The notes under the pieces are model-generated. The model did not search any database. It saw nothing but the letters and a program-made list of their open reading frames with translations, and was not told where the DNA came from. DNA of 64,000 bases, taken from the IMG/VR virus record IMGVR_UViG_3300020050_009209. One strand, written 5' to 3'. This document shows positions 9,617 to 19,160 of the stretch, in pieces. Origin of the DNA: a virus. Its lineage: Duplodnaviria > Caudoviricetes. Within the stretch, counting starts at the first letter, position 1. Each line of letters opens with the position of its first letter. The position numbers were made by a program, and so were the translations under genes.

Positions 9617-10614
9617 TTACGACGGATCGGCTAAGGGCCGTACATACGATTGTCACGCATGCTAATTGCCCAGATGGTATAGCCTCGGCAATCCTACTCC
9701 ATGACGTACTACCTGAGGCGAAGATAGTATTCGTACAGCACCAAACACTGGAGCACAAGAGTCTACCCGTATCTGAAGGGGTGCTGTTTGTCGACTTTGC
9801 TCCCCATGAGACCCAAGCTCAGCAGTTCGTAGAAGCTGGAGCTATGATTCTTGACCACCACAAGACCGCAAGGGCTATCGTAGAGGCCTTTGGGGATAAC
9901 GGTAGGTTTGGGGATGAGGTACAGGACCCTGGGGTGTGTGGGGCCGTCCTGGCTTTCAACCATGTTTGGGCGCCACTAAAGAGTCCTAGCTACCTAATTC
10001 CTAAGCCCCCACTAAAGGAATACCAGATAGCTAAGGACTTCGCAACGCTCGCTGGGGTTCGAGATACCTGGCAAAAGGACAGTCCAGATTGGCACAGAGC
10101 CTGTGTTCAAGCTGAGATGTTAAGGTTCTTCCCCATTGAGACCTTACTGGCGGATACCTGCCCATTCCTAAACTCCAACCAGAGTCGATGGCTACCTCGT
10201 ATGGAGATAGGGGAGCTACTGATCGCAAAGCATACGAAGTCAACCCAAAAGGCAGTGGCTAAGTCCTTCAAGTTTAAGAGCTTAGCTGGGACTCGGGTTG
10301 TAATGCTCAGTAACGTAGGTGCGGTAAACGATGCCGCAGAGCTACTACGAGAAGAGGCTGATCTTGTAGTTGCCTTTGGTTACGAGGTAGAGGACAACAT
10401 GCCCAAGATCTACTTCTCCACCAGGACAGGAAGGTCGTTCGATTGTGGCACCTTCTGTAAGGACCATGGAGGCGGAGGACACACCAAAGCTGCTGGCTTT
10501 AACATGCCTCTTCCTGTCCTAAATCCTTACACAACCTTTCGCCAAGTACTGGATAATTGGGAGATGAATCACGCATCGCCTCAGTTACCTCTTCTGCCTA
10601 TCCACCCTATATGA
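9613..10614 (+). CDS. DHH/DHHA1-family phosphoesterase
   Basis: HANCPDG, FVDFA, LDHHKT, GGGGHTKAAGF. Confidence 0.88.
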   Translation: MITTDRLRAVHTIVTHANCPDGIASAILLHDVLPEAKIVFVQHQTLEHKSLPVSEGVLFVDFAPHETQAQQFVEAGAMILDHHKTARAIVEAFGDNGRFGDEVQDPGVCGAVLAFNHVWAPLKSPSYLIPKPPLKEYQIAKDFATLAGVRDTWQKDSPDWHRACVQAEMLRFFPIETLLADTCPFLNSNQSRWLPRMEIGELLIAKHTKSTQKAVAKSFKFKSLAGTRVVMLSNVGAVNDAAELLREEADLVVAFGYEVEDNMPKIYFSTRTGRSFDCGTFCKDHGGGGHTKAAGFNMPLPVLNPYTTFRQVLDNWEMNHASPQLPLLPIHPI

Positions 10615-10621
10615 AACCAAT

Positions 10622-11862
10622 GTAAACTACCTCGTCCTAAAAGGGAGAGGCTTTGTGCTTTACGCCACAAACTTTTGTAACTGAACTCCGGGGCTCACAA
10701 CCCCATCATCGTTCGCTACAATAGGCTGGTTTACAGCAGCCCTTGAAGAAATATTTCTCGCTCCTACATGATCGGCATGTCCCTCAAACCCACAACCCAC
10801 ACAGAGAAACTCGGATTGCGTCTTCCGGTTCCTCTTGTCGATTGTTCCACATTCTGGACAACTCTGACTCGTGTAGGCTGCGTTCACCAACCGCACACTC
10901 ACGCCTGCAAGCAGCGCCTTGTAAGTGATGAACCCTCGCAGCTGGTAAAATGCCCATCCAGCATGCTTCGCTCGTTGGCTTTTCCTAACCGTTACCCGGA
11001 CGCGAATTCCCTTGAGGTTCTCAAGAGCAATTCCGCGTCCGGTGTCTCTAGCCTTCGTTACGATGCATTTACTGATGCGATGATTCTCGATGGATCGAAA
11101 TCTGGCCTCCTTACCCGAGATTTTCTTGAGTCGTCGTTTAGCGCTCTTGGTTCCGCAAGCTTGAAGTCTTTGCCGATGCGAAGAGTACCTCTGGCGGGCA
11201 GCTTCAACTTCTGCCCCAGAATGAAACTCGGCATCGGAGTCCACCGCAAGATTGCGGATCCCAAGGTCGACCCCGAGCCAACCCTCTGGGTCAATAGGGG
11301 AGCCGTCTGGAACATCTACGGTCACAAAGAGGTAAAGCTTACCCCTGCGGTAAACGAGATCAGCTTGTCCTCTAACGCCTTCAAGACGAGCACGATGGTA
11401 GGACCCGATGGCACACGGAACCGTGATACGACCATTGAGGGTCAAGATCGAGAGTCGGTCCAGACCGTTCTTGAAAGTGTAGAGTCGTTGGTCATATGGG
11501 AACGACCCGAGCGGGTTAAACTTGGGAAGCTTGGCCTTATCTCTTTTGTAGACTTCGCAGACTTTACTGATAGCTCGTACGGCATGTTGAGCGCTGAGAT
11601 CGAATGTCTTGCGGATCTCGTGGTAGAAGAGCTTCTGAAGCCTAAGTTTGTCAGCCGTTCGAAGCTTAAAAGCTTTCTCGGCGATCCAGTCGCAAGCTGC
11701 ATTGGCACGGCGAAGTGTCTCCAAAAGGCGTTCCTTCTGGGCTTCATCGGTCAAGAGCTGCACGGTAGCGATCAGTTTCATCTCATAGATACAAGACGTA
11801 TAAGTAAACCCTCAACCAAAGAGAGCGTTTTCTTTCTGCCTTCAGGCGGAGGAGGAAGCGCT
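10622..11862 (-). mobile_element. solo tnpB IS200/IS605-family (IS1341-type) element, no tnpA
   Basis: tnpB CDS; right-end hairpin AAGCCTCTCCCTTTTAGGACGAGGTAGTTTAC ending at 10622; imperfect hairpin CTGCCTTCAGGCGG near 11836-11849 upstream; left boundary approximate. Confidence 0.75.
10660..11781 (-). CDS. tnpB: RNA-guided endonuclease TnpB
   Basis: RuvC D/E/D in GVDLG, ALENL and ADHVGARNI; CPECG...CVGCG zinc ribbon. Confidence 0.95.
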   Translation of the reverse strand: MKLIATVQLLTDEAQKERLLETLRRANAACDWIAEKAFKLRTADKLRLQKLFYHEIRKTFDLSAQHAVRAISKVCEVYKRDKAKLPKFNPLGSFPYDQRLYTFKNGLDRLSILTLNGRITVPCAIGSYHRARLEGVRGQADLVYRRGKLYLFVTVDVPDGSPIDPEGWLGVDLGIRNLAVDSDAEFHSGAEVEAARQRYSSHRQRLQACGTKSAKRRLKKISGKEARFRSIENHRISKCIVTKARDTGRGIALENLKGIRVRVTVRKSQRAKHAGWAFYQLRGFITYKALLAGVSVRLVNAAYTSQSCPECGTIDKRNRKTQSEFLCVGCGFEGHADHVGARNISSRAAVNQPIVANDDGVVSPGVQLQKFVA

Positions 11863-11881
11863 GAGATATGTGAAAACCCAA

Positions 11882-12082
11882 ATGAATGAAGAAGACTTCG
11901 AGGATGTGGTTAAGCTCGCATTGACTGGTTACGCCAAGGAGAACGATCTGCCTTTGCTCGTGGAGACCGTTCAAGAGAAGGGGTTCAACGAGGGGGCTGG
12001 ACTGGTTGTCCGCCTAGGTGGAAACGAGTTCTGTCTGGCGATTCGACAAACGCTATTTGAGGATGCCGAGGTTGGACAGTGA
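11882..12082 (+). CDS. hypothetical protein
   Basis: ORF 11870..12082, overlaps the methyltransferase start. Confidence 0.6.
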   Translation: MNEEDFEDVVKLALTGYAKENDLPLLVETVQEKGFNEGAGLVVRLGGNEFCLAIRQTLFEDAEVGQ

Positions 12083-13050
12083 GTTCCATGTGCTGCCCTC
12101 AATGCGGAACCGGACGATGGATCAAGGGTGACAAGTGCTGTGTTTGCAACTCGACTGTTGTTGACCTAACGGTGGTCGCGAAGGAGCTGGATCTAAGTGT
12201 AGCCAAGCCCTTCGTGAAATGGGCTGGGGGTAAGAGACAGCTTGTCTCGAAGATTTTAACCAAGATCTCTAGTCCAATCAATACCTACTACGAGCCTTTT
12301 GTCGGAGGTGGGGCCCTGTTTTTTGCTCTTGCAAACAGGAAGTTGTTCACGGATGCTGTGCTGAATGACGTAAACAAAGAGCTGATTCTGACTTACAGCG
12401 TTATTCGAGAGCCTACTCAGCTTTCGACACTGATTGAGCTGCTAGCAACCTACCCAAACACCAAGGAATTCTTCCTTGAGGTCAGAGCTAAGCAACCAAG
12501 TAAGGAGCTACTTAGCGACCCAGACCTGTACTACTCTCAGGAGGGGGTTGAGATTGCGGCTCGGTTCATCTACTTGAATAAGACCGGGTTCAACGGTCTT
12601 TACCGAGTAAACAAGAGTGGTGGATTCAACGTCCCCTTTGGGAAGGCTGCAAACCCTACCATCTGTGATGCTCTCAATCTACGAGCCGTCTCGAAGGTCC
12701 TTGCGAAAGAGAGGGTAAGGTGCGTGGACTTTGATCTCGCAACCGCAGAAGCCCAAGCAGGAGACCTGGTTTACTTCGACCCCCCGTACATCCCAAGGAC
12801 GGAGACCTCTAACTTTACAGCGTATACCGCTGAGGGGTTTGGCCTCTCCGAGCACAGACGACTAGCTGCAACGTTCAGTCGATTGGCGAGGGAAGGAGTC
12901 AGAGTACTCCTCTCGAACTCCGATATGCCCGTAATTCGAGAGTTGTACTCTGACTTTCAAGTGGATACCGTAGAGGCAAAGCGCTCCATCAACAGTGACG
13001 GAACGAAACGTGGGCTAGTTACCGAACTTCTGGTGAGTGCAAATCTCTAA
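12079..13050 (+). CDS. dam: Dam-family (D12 class) N6-adenine DNA methyltransferase with N-terminal zinc ribbon
   Basis: KPFVKWAGGK, YYEPFVGGGA, YLNKTGFNGLYRVN, YFDPPY; target sequence not determinable here. Confidence 0.92.
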   Translation: MSSMCCPQCGTGRWIKGDKCCVCNSTVVDLTVVAKELDLSVAKPFVKWAGGKRQLVSKILTKISSPINTYYEPFVGGGALFFALANRKLFTDAVLNDVNKELILTYSVIREPTQLSTLIELLATYPNTKEFFLEVRAKQPSKELLSDPDLYYSQEGVEIAARFIYLNKTGFNGLYRVNKSGGFNVPFGKAANPTICDALNLRAVSKVLAKERVRCVDFDLATAEAQAGDLVYFDPPYIPRTETSNFTAYTAEGFGLSEHRRLAATFSRLAREGVRVLLSNSDMPVIRELYSDFQVDTVEAKRSINSDGTKRGLVTELLVSANL

Positions 13051-13070
13051 GGTCAGTGGGGTGGGTACGG

Positions 13071-13082
13071 TAATCTACTTAT
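13071..13082 (+). promoter_or_regulatory. TAAYNTNCTTAT-class putative late promoter inside a hairpin
   Basis: TAATCTACTTAT 16 nt before ATG 13099; flanked by GGGTGGGTA/TACCCACCC. Confidence 0.6.
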
Positions 13083-13098
13083 CATACCCACCCTATAG

Positions 13099-13455
13099 AT
13101 GCCAGATGACAAGAGATGGGAACGTCGACAGAGGGTAACGAAAGCTAGGAAGGCCCTTAGGGACCAGATTATAGCTTACAAGGGTGGGAAGTGTGAGATT
13201 TGCGCCTACGACAAATGCCCGTCTGCGTTTGACTTGCACCACCTGAACCCAGACGAGAAGGAGTTCAACATTTCCTCTCGGATGACCTCCTTTGAGGCTA
13301 TCCGAGCTGAGTTGGATAAGTGTGTGCTGCTTTGTTGTCGATGCCACCGGGAGGTACATGACGGGTGGCACCCTCAGTACCTTGTCTGGGAAGACTCGGA
13401 TGCTGGAGGCCCACTGGACGAGGAGTTACCTGACTTCCTTGCGGAGCTGGAATGA
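13099..13455 (+). CDS. HNH endonuclease-like protein
   Basis: CEIC..FDLHHLNP...CVLLCCRCHREVH. Confidence 0.85.
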   Translation: MPDDKRWERRQRVTKARKALRDQIIAYKGGKCEICAYDKCPSAFDLHHLNPDEKEFNISSRMTSFEAIRAELDKCVLLCCRCHREVHDGWHPQYLVWEDSDAGGPLDEELPDFLAELE

Positions 13456-13655
13456 GTGACCACTACACTAGAGCTTGGGCCGACCATATGAGCATTCTCG
13501 ATATTCTCCGCCTACTAGACATGCGATGGCGTGAGGAATGCCGTAAAGAAGACGAAGAGTACGTTGCTAACTTGATTGCCAAGAATCGACCACCGAAGGG
13601 TGACAAGAGACTACTTACACATGCCCCTGCAATTGACAAAACAAGGGATACGTAA
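13452..13655 (+). CDS. hypothetical protein
   Basis: ATGA overlap. Confidence 0.55.
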   Translation: MSDHYTRAWADHMSILDILRLLDMRWREECRKEDEEYVANLIAKNRPPKGDKRLLTHAPAIDKTRDT

Positions 13656-13859
13656 CCTCGATCTAATACCTACTCCTTCCCGAGAGTCACGTATTCTACC
13701 TCCGAATTGCGACCATCGAAAGATGGGAATTTGCTGCTACGTGATCGCAGCGTCCGGTGTATTCGTTGGCAAGCGCATTCCTTGTGGCAATCTTATGTGT
13801 AGAGGGTGTGGCCTCACTTGGGATATCGCAGCTGAGCACTGATGAAGTCTTGACTGTAG

Positions 13860-13871
13860 TAACTTACTTAT
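13860..13871 (+). promoter_or_regulatory. TAAYNTNCTTAT-class putative late promoter
   Basis: TAACTTACTTAT 14 nt before ATG 13886. Confidence 0.6.
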
Positions 13872-13885
13872 ACGCCATGTAAGAC

Positions 13886-14074
13886 ATGAGTAACAGAATC
13901 AGTCGTACCTTTCGGATGCCCGAAGCACTCTCACTTAGGGTTGAAGCTGTCAGAATTGAGATGTCGAAGAGATCCATGGAGGTGGCAGTTGATCGCACGG
14001 CGGTCTTGTGTCTTTTACTGGAACATGGGCTAGACCAACTAGAGTTGAAGTTAAAGGCCTCTGGTGGGTTGTGA
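13886..14074 (+). CDS. ribbon-helix-helix-like DNA-binding protein
   Basis: SRTFRMPEAL strand followed by two helices (DRTAVLCLLLEHGL). Confidence 0.6.
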   Translation: MSNRISRTFRMPEALSLRVEAVRIEMSKRSMEVAVDRTAVLCLLLEHGLDQLELKLKASGGL

Positions 14075-14913
14075 AGCCCGATAGCCTAAAACCTTGGGCT
14101 ATCTATAAGCTCACAGACCCACGTGAGCCTGATGTTGTTAGGTACATTGGCAAAACGCACCTCGCTGACCCCAGACGTCGCCTTCGAAAACACCTGACTG
14201 AGGCTGTGTCCGGACGGGATAAAACTTACTGCGGTAACTGGAAAAGGTCACTACTGGACGCTGGGGTCGAACCCTGTCTAACCATCATTGAATTAGGGGA
14301 AGGAGAAGGATGGGCGGATGCTGAGATGTATTGGATCACACACTATCAAAATGACGCTCGCTCACGTCTGACTAACTTGACGAAAGGGGGCGTAGGCATA
14401 GTTGGGTATCAGCATAGCCCTGAGACGAGAGAAAAGATTGCAGGCGCTCTTCTTGGTCACGTGGTATCCGTGACCACACGAGAAAAACTTCGTCATGCTA
14501 ACACCGGTCGTATTGCACCCAGAGATCAAGTGGAAAGATCATCGGCTGCCCGTCGAGGCAAAAAACGGTCTGCATCTGCGATTGAGAAAACAGCCGCTGC
14601 GAAGAGGGGTACAAAACACACCCCCGAAGCTATTGAGAAAATGAGAGCTTCCAAGCTTGGTCAAAAGCATACTGAGGAGGCAAAAGCCAAAATTAGTGCA
14701 GCTAATAAGGGGAAAATCCTATCCCCTGAATCCAGAGCCAAGATAGCCGCTGCCGCAATAGGGCGTATACTGTCGGACGAGACCAAAGCCAAGATGAATG
14801 CCGCCAAAAGGGGCCGAAAACAAACCACAGAAACTATTGCTAAACGAGTGGCCACTCGAAAAATCAATCGTGAGTCAAGAAAAGAGCGCAAAGATGAGCA
14901 CTACGTCGCATAA
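14071..14913 (+). CDS. GIY-YIG homing endonuclease with NUMOD3 repeats
   Basis: AIYKLTDP..RYIGKT, AEMYWI, NLTKGG; repeated HSPETREKI/HTEEAKAKIS. Confidence 0.88.
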   Translation: MKPDSLKPWAIYKLTDPREPDVVRYIGKTHLADPRRRLRKHLTEAVSGRDKTYCGNWKRSLLDAGVEPCLTIIELGEGEGWADAEMYWITHYQNDARSRLTNLTKGGVGIVGYQHSPETREKIAGALLGHVVSVTTREKLRHANTGRIAPRDQVERSSAARRGKKRSASAIEKTAAAKRGTKHTPEAIEKMRASKLGQKHTEEAKAKISAANKGKILSPESRAKIAAAAIGRILSDETKAKMNAAKRGRKQTTETIAKRVATRKINRESRKERKDEHYVA

Positions 14914-17176
14914 GATCAGTCCAAATCTGTACCTCGTTCGCCAGGAGATCACAAGGAAGCCAACTGTTCAACGGGTAGAACAACCAACCAATTATATATT
15001 CGTGTGTGACGTGTCCGGCTCTATGTCCAGCGATCTACCGATGATCCGAGAGCAACTTAAGAAGAAACTCCCCAAACTCCTCCGGGAGATGGATACAATT
15101 TCGATCATATTCTTCTCTGGACGCAAGGAGTTTGGAGTTATTCTGGAGGCCGAGCCTGTTGCCACCCTTGCCGATCTAAAAGACGTAAATACAGCAATTG
15201 ACCGCTGGCTTAAGCCAGTTGGTCTCACTGGGTTCAAAGACCCTTTGGAAGAGGTTATAGCACTGACCAAGAGGGTCTCCAAGATCAACAAAAGTACGTT
15301 CGCTCTCTTGTTCTTATCTGACGGCCATGATAATTGCTCTCCTCGTGGAGATGTGCTCAATGCCGTTGAGCAAGCTGGCAAATGCGTTGCATCAGTAACC
15401 ATTATTGAGTACGGCTACTACGCAGATCGACCCCTGCTTACCGCCATGGCGGAGAAGGCAGGCGGTAGCCTCATTCACGCAAACGCCTTCGACAAGTTCC
15501 AGCCTATCTTTGAAGCCTCGATGGCAAAGCGCCCTCTTGGAGCCTCCAAGGTTGAGGTGTCCATCTCTGGGGATGCGATTGGAGGATTTGTCTGGTCCCA
15601 AGAGAGTGGAGACCTGACAACTTACTCGATCGATGGCGATAAGGTACGTGTTACTGAGGGCACTGGAGATCTTTGGTACTTGTCCCCTAAGCCCAATGGA
15701 CTTGAGCACAAGCTTGAGAACTCCTTTGCTCCACTCTATGCGGCAATGAGTTTGTTCTCGGTTCGGATGAAGCCAGAGGTCATCTTTCCGCTCCTCAAGG
15801 CAACGGGGGACGTAAAGTTCATCGAAGACTTTGCCTCCTGCTTTGGTAAGCAGAAGTACAGTGAGTTCATGGATGCTACGAAGGCTGCGGCTTTCAATCC
15901 TAAGTTGTGCTTTAGCAAGGGCTATGACCCCAATAAGGTCCCAGCCGACGATGCTTACACAATCCTCGACTTGCTGAAGCTACTCTCATCCGATGAAGCT
16001 AACCGCGTTCTGTTGGATCACCCAGACTTCAAGTTTAGCTGCATCTCTCGTAAGCGAGTGGACGCAGCGAGTGTTCTGACCGAGGATGAGCAGAAGCAGG
16101 TAGCTGAGATCAGCAGCAAGCTAGCTACCGAAAAGAGCGCAGCCAAGCTGAAGGAGCTTCAAGCCGAGTTGTCTGCAATCACGGCCAAGAAGAATCCTTT
16201 GAAGTTCACGCAGACCTTGCAGCCAGAGGGGTACGCTATCTCCTCTCTCACCTTCAATGAGGACCGTCCCAACGTCAGCATGAAGCTGAAGCTTGAGGGG
16301 ACGGTAGACTTGACAGGTAGGCTCCCAGAGGGAAGTAAGATTCCAGATCAATTCTCTACCTTCCAGTACCGGGATCGTAACGTGGTAGCCGATGGTCTCG
16401 TCAACATGGAGCAACTTCCTGTCCGTGTAACGAAGGCCACGGCAAACGCCCTATCCAAGGTCCTACCCGCTGCGGCTCTTCCTGCGAAGATGATCGTAAG
16501 CAAGGACTACGTAGAGGGGACGATCAACCTCACGGCTCTTCCTGTCATCAACCGTCAAATGTGCAAGACGGCTTCAGCTGCAACCCTGTTCCGCACCCAG
16601 TTCCAGCTGGAGAAGGCTCGGGCAGCTCAAAAGGTGTACAAGGCCTACAAGGATGAGCGGGTTGCGAAGAAGGAGTCCAAGTCTTACCAAGAGACGTATG
16701 GAGCTACCGACGCAGAGTGGCTTAAGGACCAAGGGTTTACGGACTACAGCGGGTTCTCGCCAAAGATGGTCCAGGCAGAGAGCACTGACTTCTACGTAGG
16801 TAAGGCTCTTGAGGTGTCCCTTAAGGGGTACTCCAAGCTTCCCTCGATGACGGAGTACAAGAAGCAAGCCTCTACGAACAAGTTCAATGGGCCTGGACTG
16901 CTCATGAAGCCAGTCGTTGAAGAGGTTGAGGCCTACTTGAACTCGAAGCCTTCAGAGGCTGAAGTCCTTGCTTGGCTTGAGACCAAGACGAAGGCCTCTG
17001 TCAAGGCGGCTCGGGACCTCATCTTTGAGCTTGCTCAAGTGAAGTTTGCAATCGTAGTTGGCCAAGGTTGGTTTGAGGAGTTCTCTTCTCTTGACGAGAA
17101 CTCCCTAACTCTGGAAGTCGATGGGGTCCAGCTAGCTGGCAAAGTCGAGATGAAAGAGATCCAAGTAAAGCTATGA
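14894..17176 (+). CDS. vWA-domain protein with large uncharacterised C-terminus
   Basis: MIDAS DVSGS, T, LSDG; ATG 14894. Confidence 0.85.
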   Translation: MSTTSHKISPNLYLVRQEITRKPTVQRVEQPTNYIFVCDVSGSMSSDLPMIREQLKKKLPKLLREMDTISIIFFSGRKEFGVILEAEPVATLADLKDVNTAIDRWLKPVGLTGFKDPLEEVIALTKRVSKINKSTFALLFLSDGHDNCSPRGDVLNAVEQAGKCVASVTIIEYGYYADRPLLTAMAEKAGGSLIHANAFDKFQPIFEASMAKRPLGASKVEVSISGDAIGGFVWSQESGDLTTYSIDGDKVRVTEGTGDLWYLSPKPNGLEHKLENSFAPLYAAMSLFSVRMKPEVIFPLLKATGDVKFIEDFASCFGKQKYSEFMDATKAAAFNPKLCFSKGYDPNKVPADDAYTILDLLKLLSSDEANRVLLDHPDFKFSCISRKRVDAASVLTEDEQKQVAEISSKLATEKSAAKLKELQAELSAITAKKNPLKFTQTLQPEGYAISSLTFNEDRPNVSMKLKLEGTVDLTGRLPEGSKIPDQFSTFQYRDRNVVADGLVNMEQLPVRVTKATANALSKVLPAAALPAKMIVSKDYVEGTINLTALPVINRQMCKTASAATLFRTQFQLEKARAAQKVYKAYKDERVAKKESKSYQETYGATDAEWLKDQGFTDYSGFSPKMVQAESTDFYVGKALEVSLKGYSKLPSMTEYKKQASTNKFNGPGLLMKPVVEEVEAYLNSKPSEAEVLAWLETKTKASVKAARDLIFELAQVKFAIVVGQGWFEEFSSLDENSLTLEVDGVQLAGKVEMKEIQVKL

Positions 17177-17249
17177 GTACGTCAGGCCGATTTCAGGACC
17201 CAAAAGAGGGTACAGCAGACCCTAGAGATGAAAGAAGTACAGGTTAAGA

Positions 17250-17972
17250 ATGCTTGGACCGTCAGTTAACAAGACAAAACCAGGAGTGTTCCGCACCTTG
17301 GTCAACTTTCTCTCTCAAGAGGACGTGCTGGGCCCACAGATCAACTCTGCTAAGATCAAAGCACTACAGCTCTATAGGCCCTTGCACTTCCAAATTGTAA
17401 GGGCCAAGGCGTTGCTTAGTCATGGGGATCCTTGGGGTCTAACGAATGCACTAGGGCTCCGAAATTGGTTCCCGATTCGCCATACCCCCAAGGATTACCC
17501 AAAGGTAGACCCAACTCCCTATGTTGATAGTAGTGAGTTAGGTATAGCTCAAGTCTATCGAGTGAGAGAGGGGCTAGGAAGTCCTACGCATTACCACCAA
17601 GACTTGCGTAATACCCCCTACAAAGTCAGGGACACAAGTCAAGTCCCAGCCCTTCCCATCGATACCTTTTTTGATCGAGATGGCGCTATCGTCGTACCTT
17701 CATCTCAAACTCCTGAAGAAATTGAGATTGAAATGAAGAAGTTGACTGAGCTTTGGGAGGACCCCTGGTCCGGCACCTTTGTGTTCAGGGAGGCTGAGGT
17801 GGAGGCTGAGGAGTCTTGGGCCACCTCTCTTGCTCAGCAAGAAAAGAAAGAAGGGCATGGGGTAGCAGCAGCTCGTCATCCTCAGCTTCCCGAGGGTAAG
17901 GCTCTAGACAAAACCATCCAGGACATCGTAGACGCAGGTGGTACAGCAGACCCTAAAAAGGAGGAAAACTAG
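17250..17972 (+). CDS. hypothetical protein
   Basis: 240-aa ORF. Confidence 0.7.
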   Translation: MLGPSVNKTKPGVFRTLVNFLSQEDVLGPQINSAKIKALQLYRPLHFQIVRAKALLSHGDPWGLTNALGLRNWFPIRHTPKDYPKVDPTPYVDSSELGIAQVYRVREGLGSPTHYHQDLRNTPYKVRDTSQVPALPIDTFFDRDGAIVVPSSQTPEEIEIEMKKLTELWEDPWSGTFVFREAEVEAEESWATSLAQQEKKEGHGVAAARHPQLPEGKALDKTIQDIVDAGGTADPKKEEN

Positions 17973-18180
17973 AGTGTTGTTCCAAGTATGGCAAGAAGGA
18001 TTTCGAGCTACAGGTGAAAGTAGTCCAGCCATCTTTCATGGGGAGGTTGAGGCATCGACCTTTCGTGACGCCTGTATTGCTATCTTCAAGGGCAACAGTA
18101 CCTTTGAGGAGAGTACCTTAACCTACTGGGGTTGCCGTCTCTTCGATAACGAAACCAAAGCTCGCAAGTCGTTTGGTTGA
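17938..18180 (+). CDS. hypothetical protein (true start probably near 17974)
   Basis: ORF ending just before the terminator. Confidence 0.55.
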   Translation: MVQQTLKRRKTRVLFQVWQEGFRATGESSPAIFHGEVEASTFRDACIAIFKGNSTFEESTLTYWGCRLFDNETKARKSFG

Positions 18181-18195
18181 GCTTTACTAGAGCGT

Positions 18196-18234
18196 GAAGA
18201 AGGGGCTTAGAGTCGTACTCTAAGCCCCTTCTTC
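18196..18234. terminator. bidirectional terminator between convergent genes
   Basis: Perfect 18-bp stem GAAGAAGGGGCTTAGAGT-cgt-ACTCTAAGCCCCTTCTTC. Confidence 0.85.
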
Positions 18235-18518
18235 TATATCGTGGTAACTTCCCCACGGGTCACATAGCCATGCCAGCAATCCAAGCTAATGCTCGGAGAC
18301 AGGGAGAGACTCTCCAACGTAGTACCTGCTACCTCCCACTGCTTGGCTCCCAAAACTGCTGTATCTTGGACCCCATGGTCTCGGAACCAGATCAGTATGG
18401 AGTGCTTGGTGCAAGGGCAATCGAAGACGACTCCTTGCGATGCCTCAAAGGTACCTACCACCCTAAATCCATCTGTTGTCACCTGTACAAAGTTAGCCTC
18501 TAGCTCCGTTAGTCGCAT
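18234..18518 (-). CDS. DUF6527-like protein
   Basis: FDCPC...LSLSPSI..CWHGYV. Confidence 0.6.
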   Translation of the reverse strand: MRLTELEANFVQVTTDGFRVVGTFEASQGVVFDCPCTKHSILIWFRDHGVQDTAVLGAKQWEVAGTTLESLSLSPSISLDCWHGYVTRGEVTTI

Positions 18519-18763
18519 GGCTCATCACCCTCTTGATACTCAGAGAGTAAAGACTCATCATAGGCTCGCTCAGCGTCAAATTCTTCTAGGTCGGCCCGCT
18601 CCCAAAATGAGTGGTCCTCTGTAGCTTCGAGCACGAGAAGACCTATATCTTCCAGTTTCCGTAGGTCTCGGATGGGTACGGGTTCCGATTTGCTCGCTGG
18701 GGCACACCAGTAACAAAGGCACTGGTACCCTGTCTTAGCTGGACGTCGCCTTGACCGGCTCAT
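18509..18763 (-). CDS. hypothetical protein
   Basis: Overlapping minus-strand operon; CLCYWC. Confidence 0.6.
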   Translation of the reverse strand: MSRSRRRPAKTGYQCLCYWCAPASKSEPVPIRDLRKLEDIGLLVLEATEDHSFWERADLEEFDAERAYDESLLSEYQEGDEPCD

Positions 18764-19029
18764 GTTACTTCGATCTGAAGGCTCTTGAATTGAGATTGCA
18801 AGCTACCTTGAATTCGGGGTAGGAAGTCGGGGGAGGTGGCTGGAGTTATCCTTGGTGCGGACCCCACCTCGCTCCCCTCATCAACCCACTCGAACAAGCC
18901 TTGGCTTAACCAGCGTTCGACTGTAGCCGAGAACTTGGGCTTGGTTTCTACCATTCGAGAATGCCCCTCCATCTGCTCGATGACAAACAGAGTTTCCCCA
19001 TCGGCATTTCGTACGGTTAAAACTGCCAC
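18760..19029 (-). CDS. hypothetical protein
   Basis: GAGG SD before GTG. Confidence 0.6.
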   Translation of the reverse strand: MAVLTVRNADGETLFVIEQMEGHSRMVETKPKFSATVERWLSQGLFEWVDEGSEVGSAPRITPATSPDFLPRIQGSLQSQFKSLQIEVT

Positions 19030-19052
19030 GCTACCTCTAGGCTGTAAATAGG

Positions 19053-19160
19053 GACAGCTCCAATAGGCCTGGGGGGGAGGTGGGCCTACTGGAGCTGTCT
19101 AGTTGTAAGTTAGGGAATCGAACCCATGCTGCTACCGACTAACTCTCACATTTCAAGCAG
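19053..19160 (-). ncRNA. possible structured RNA or tRNA remnant (T-loop plus long hairpin)
   Basis: GGGTTCGATTCCC on minus (19113-19125) and a 17-bp hairpin 19053-19099; no full cloverleaf. Confidence 0.3.

Noticed and set aside
10768-11889. 373-aa plus-strand ORF, same length as TnpB
   Set aside because: Antisense shadow of tnpB with no recognisable motifs.
12079-13455. Dam + HNH as a restriction-modification pair
   Set aside because: The HNH has its own promoter motif and hairpin; orphan Dam and small HNH genes are common in phages.
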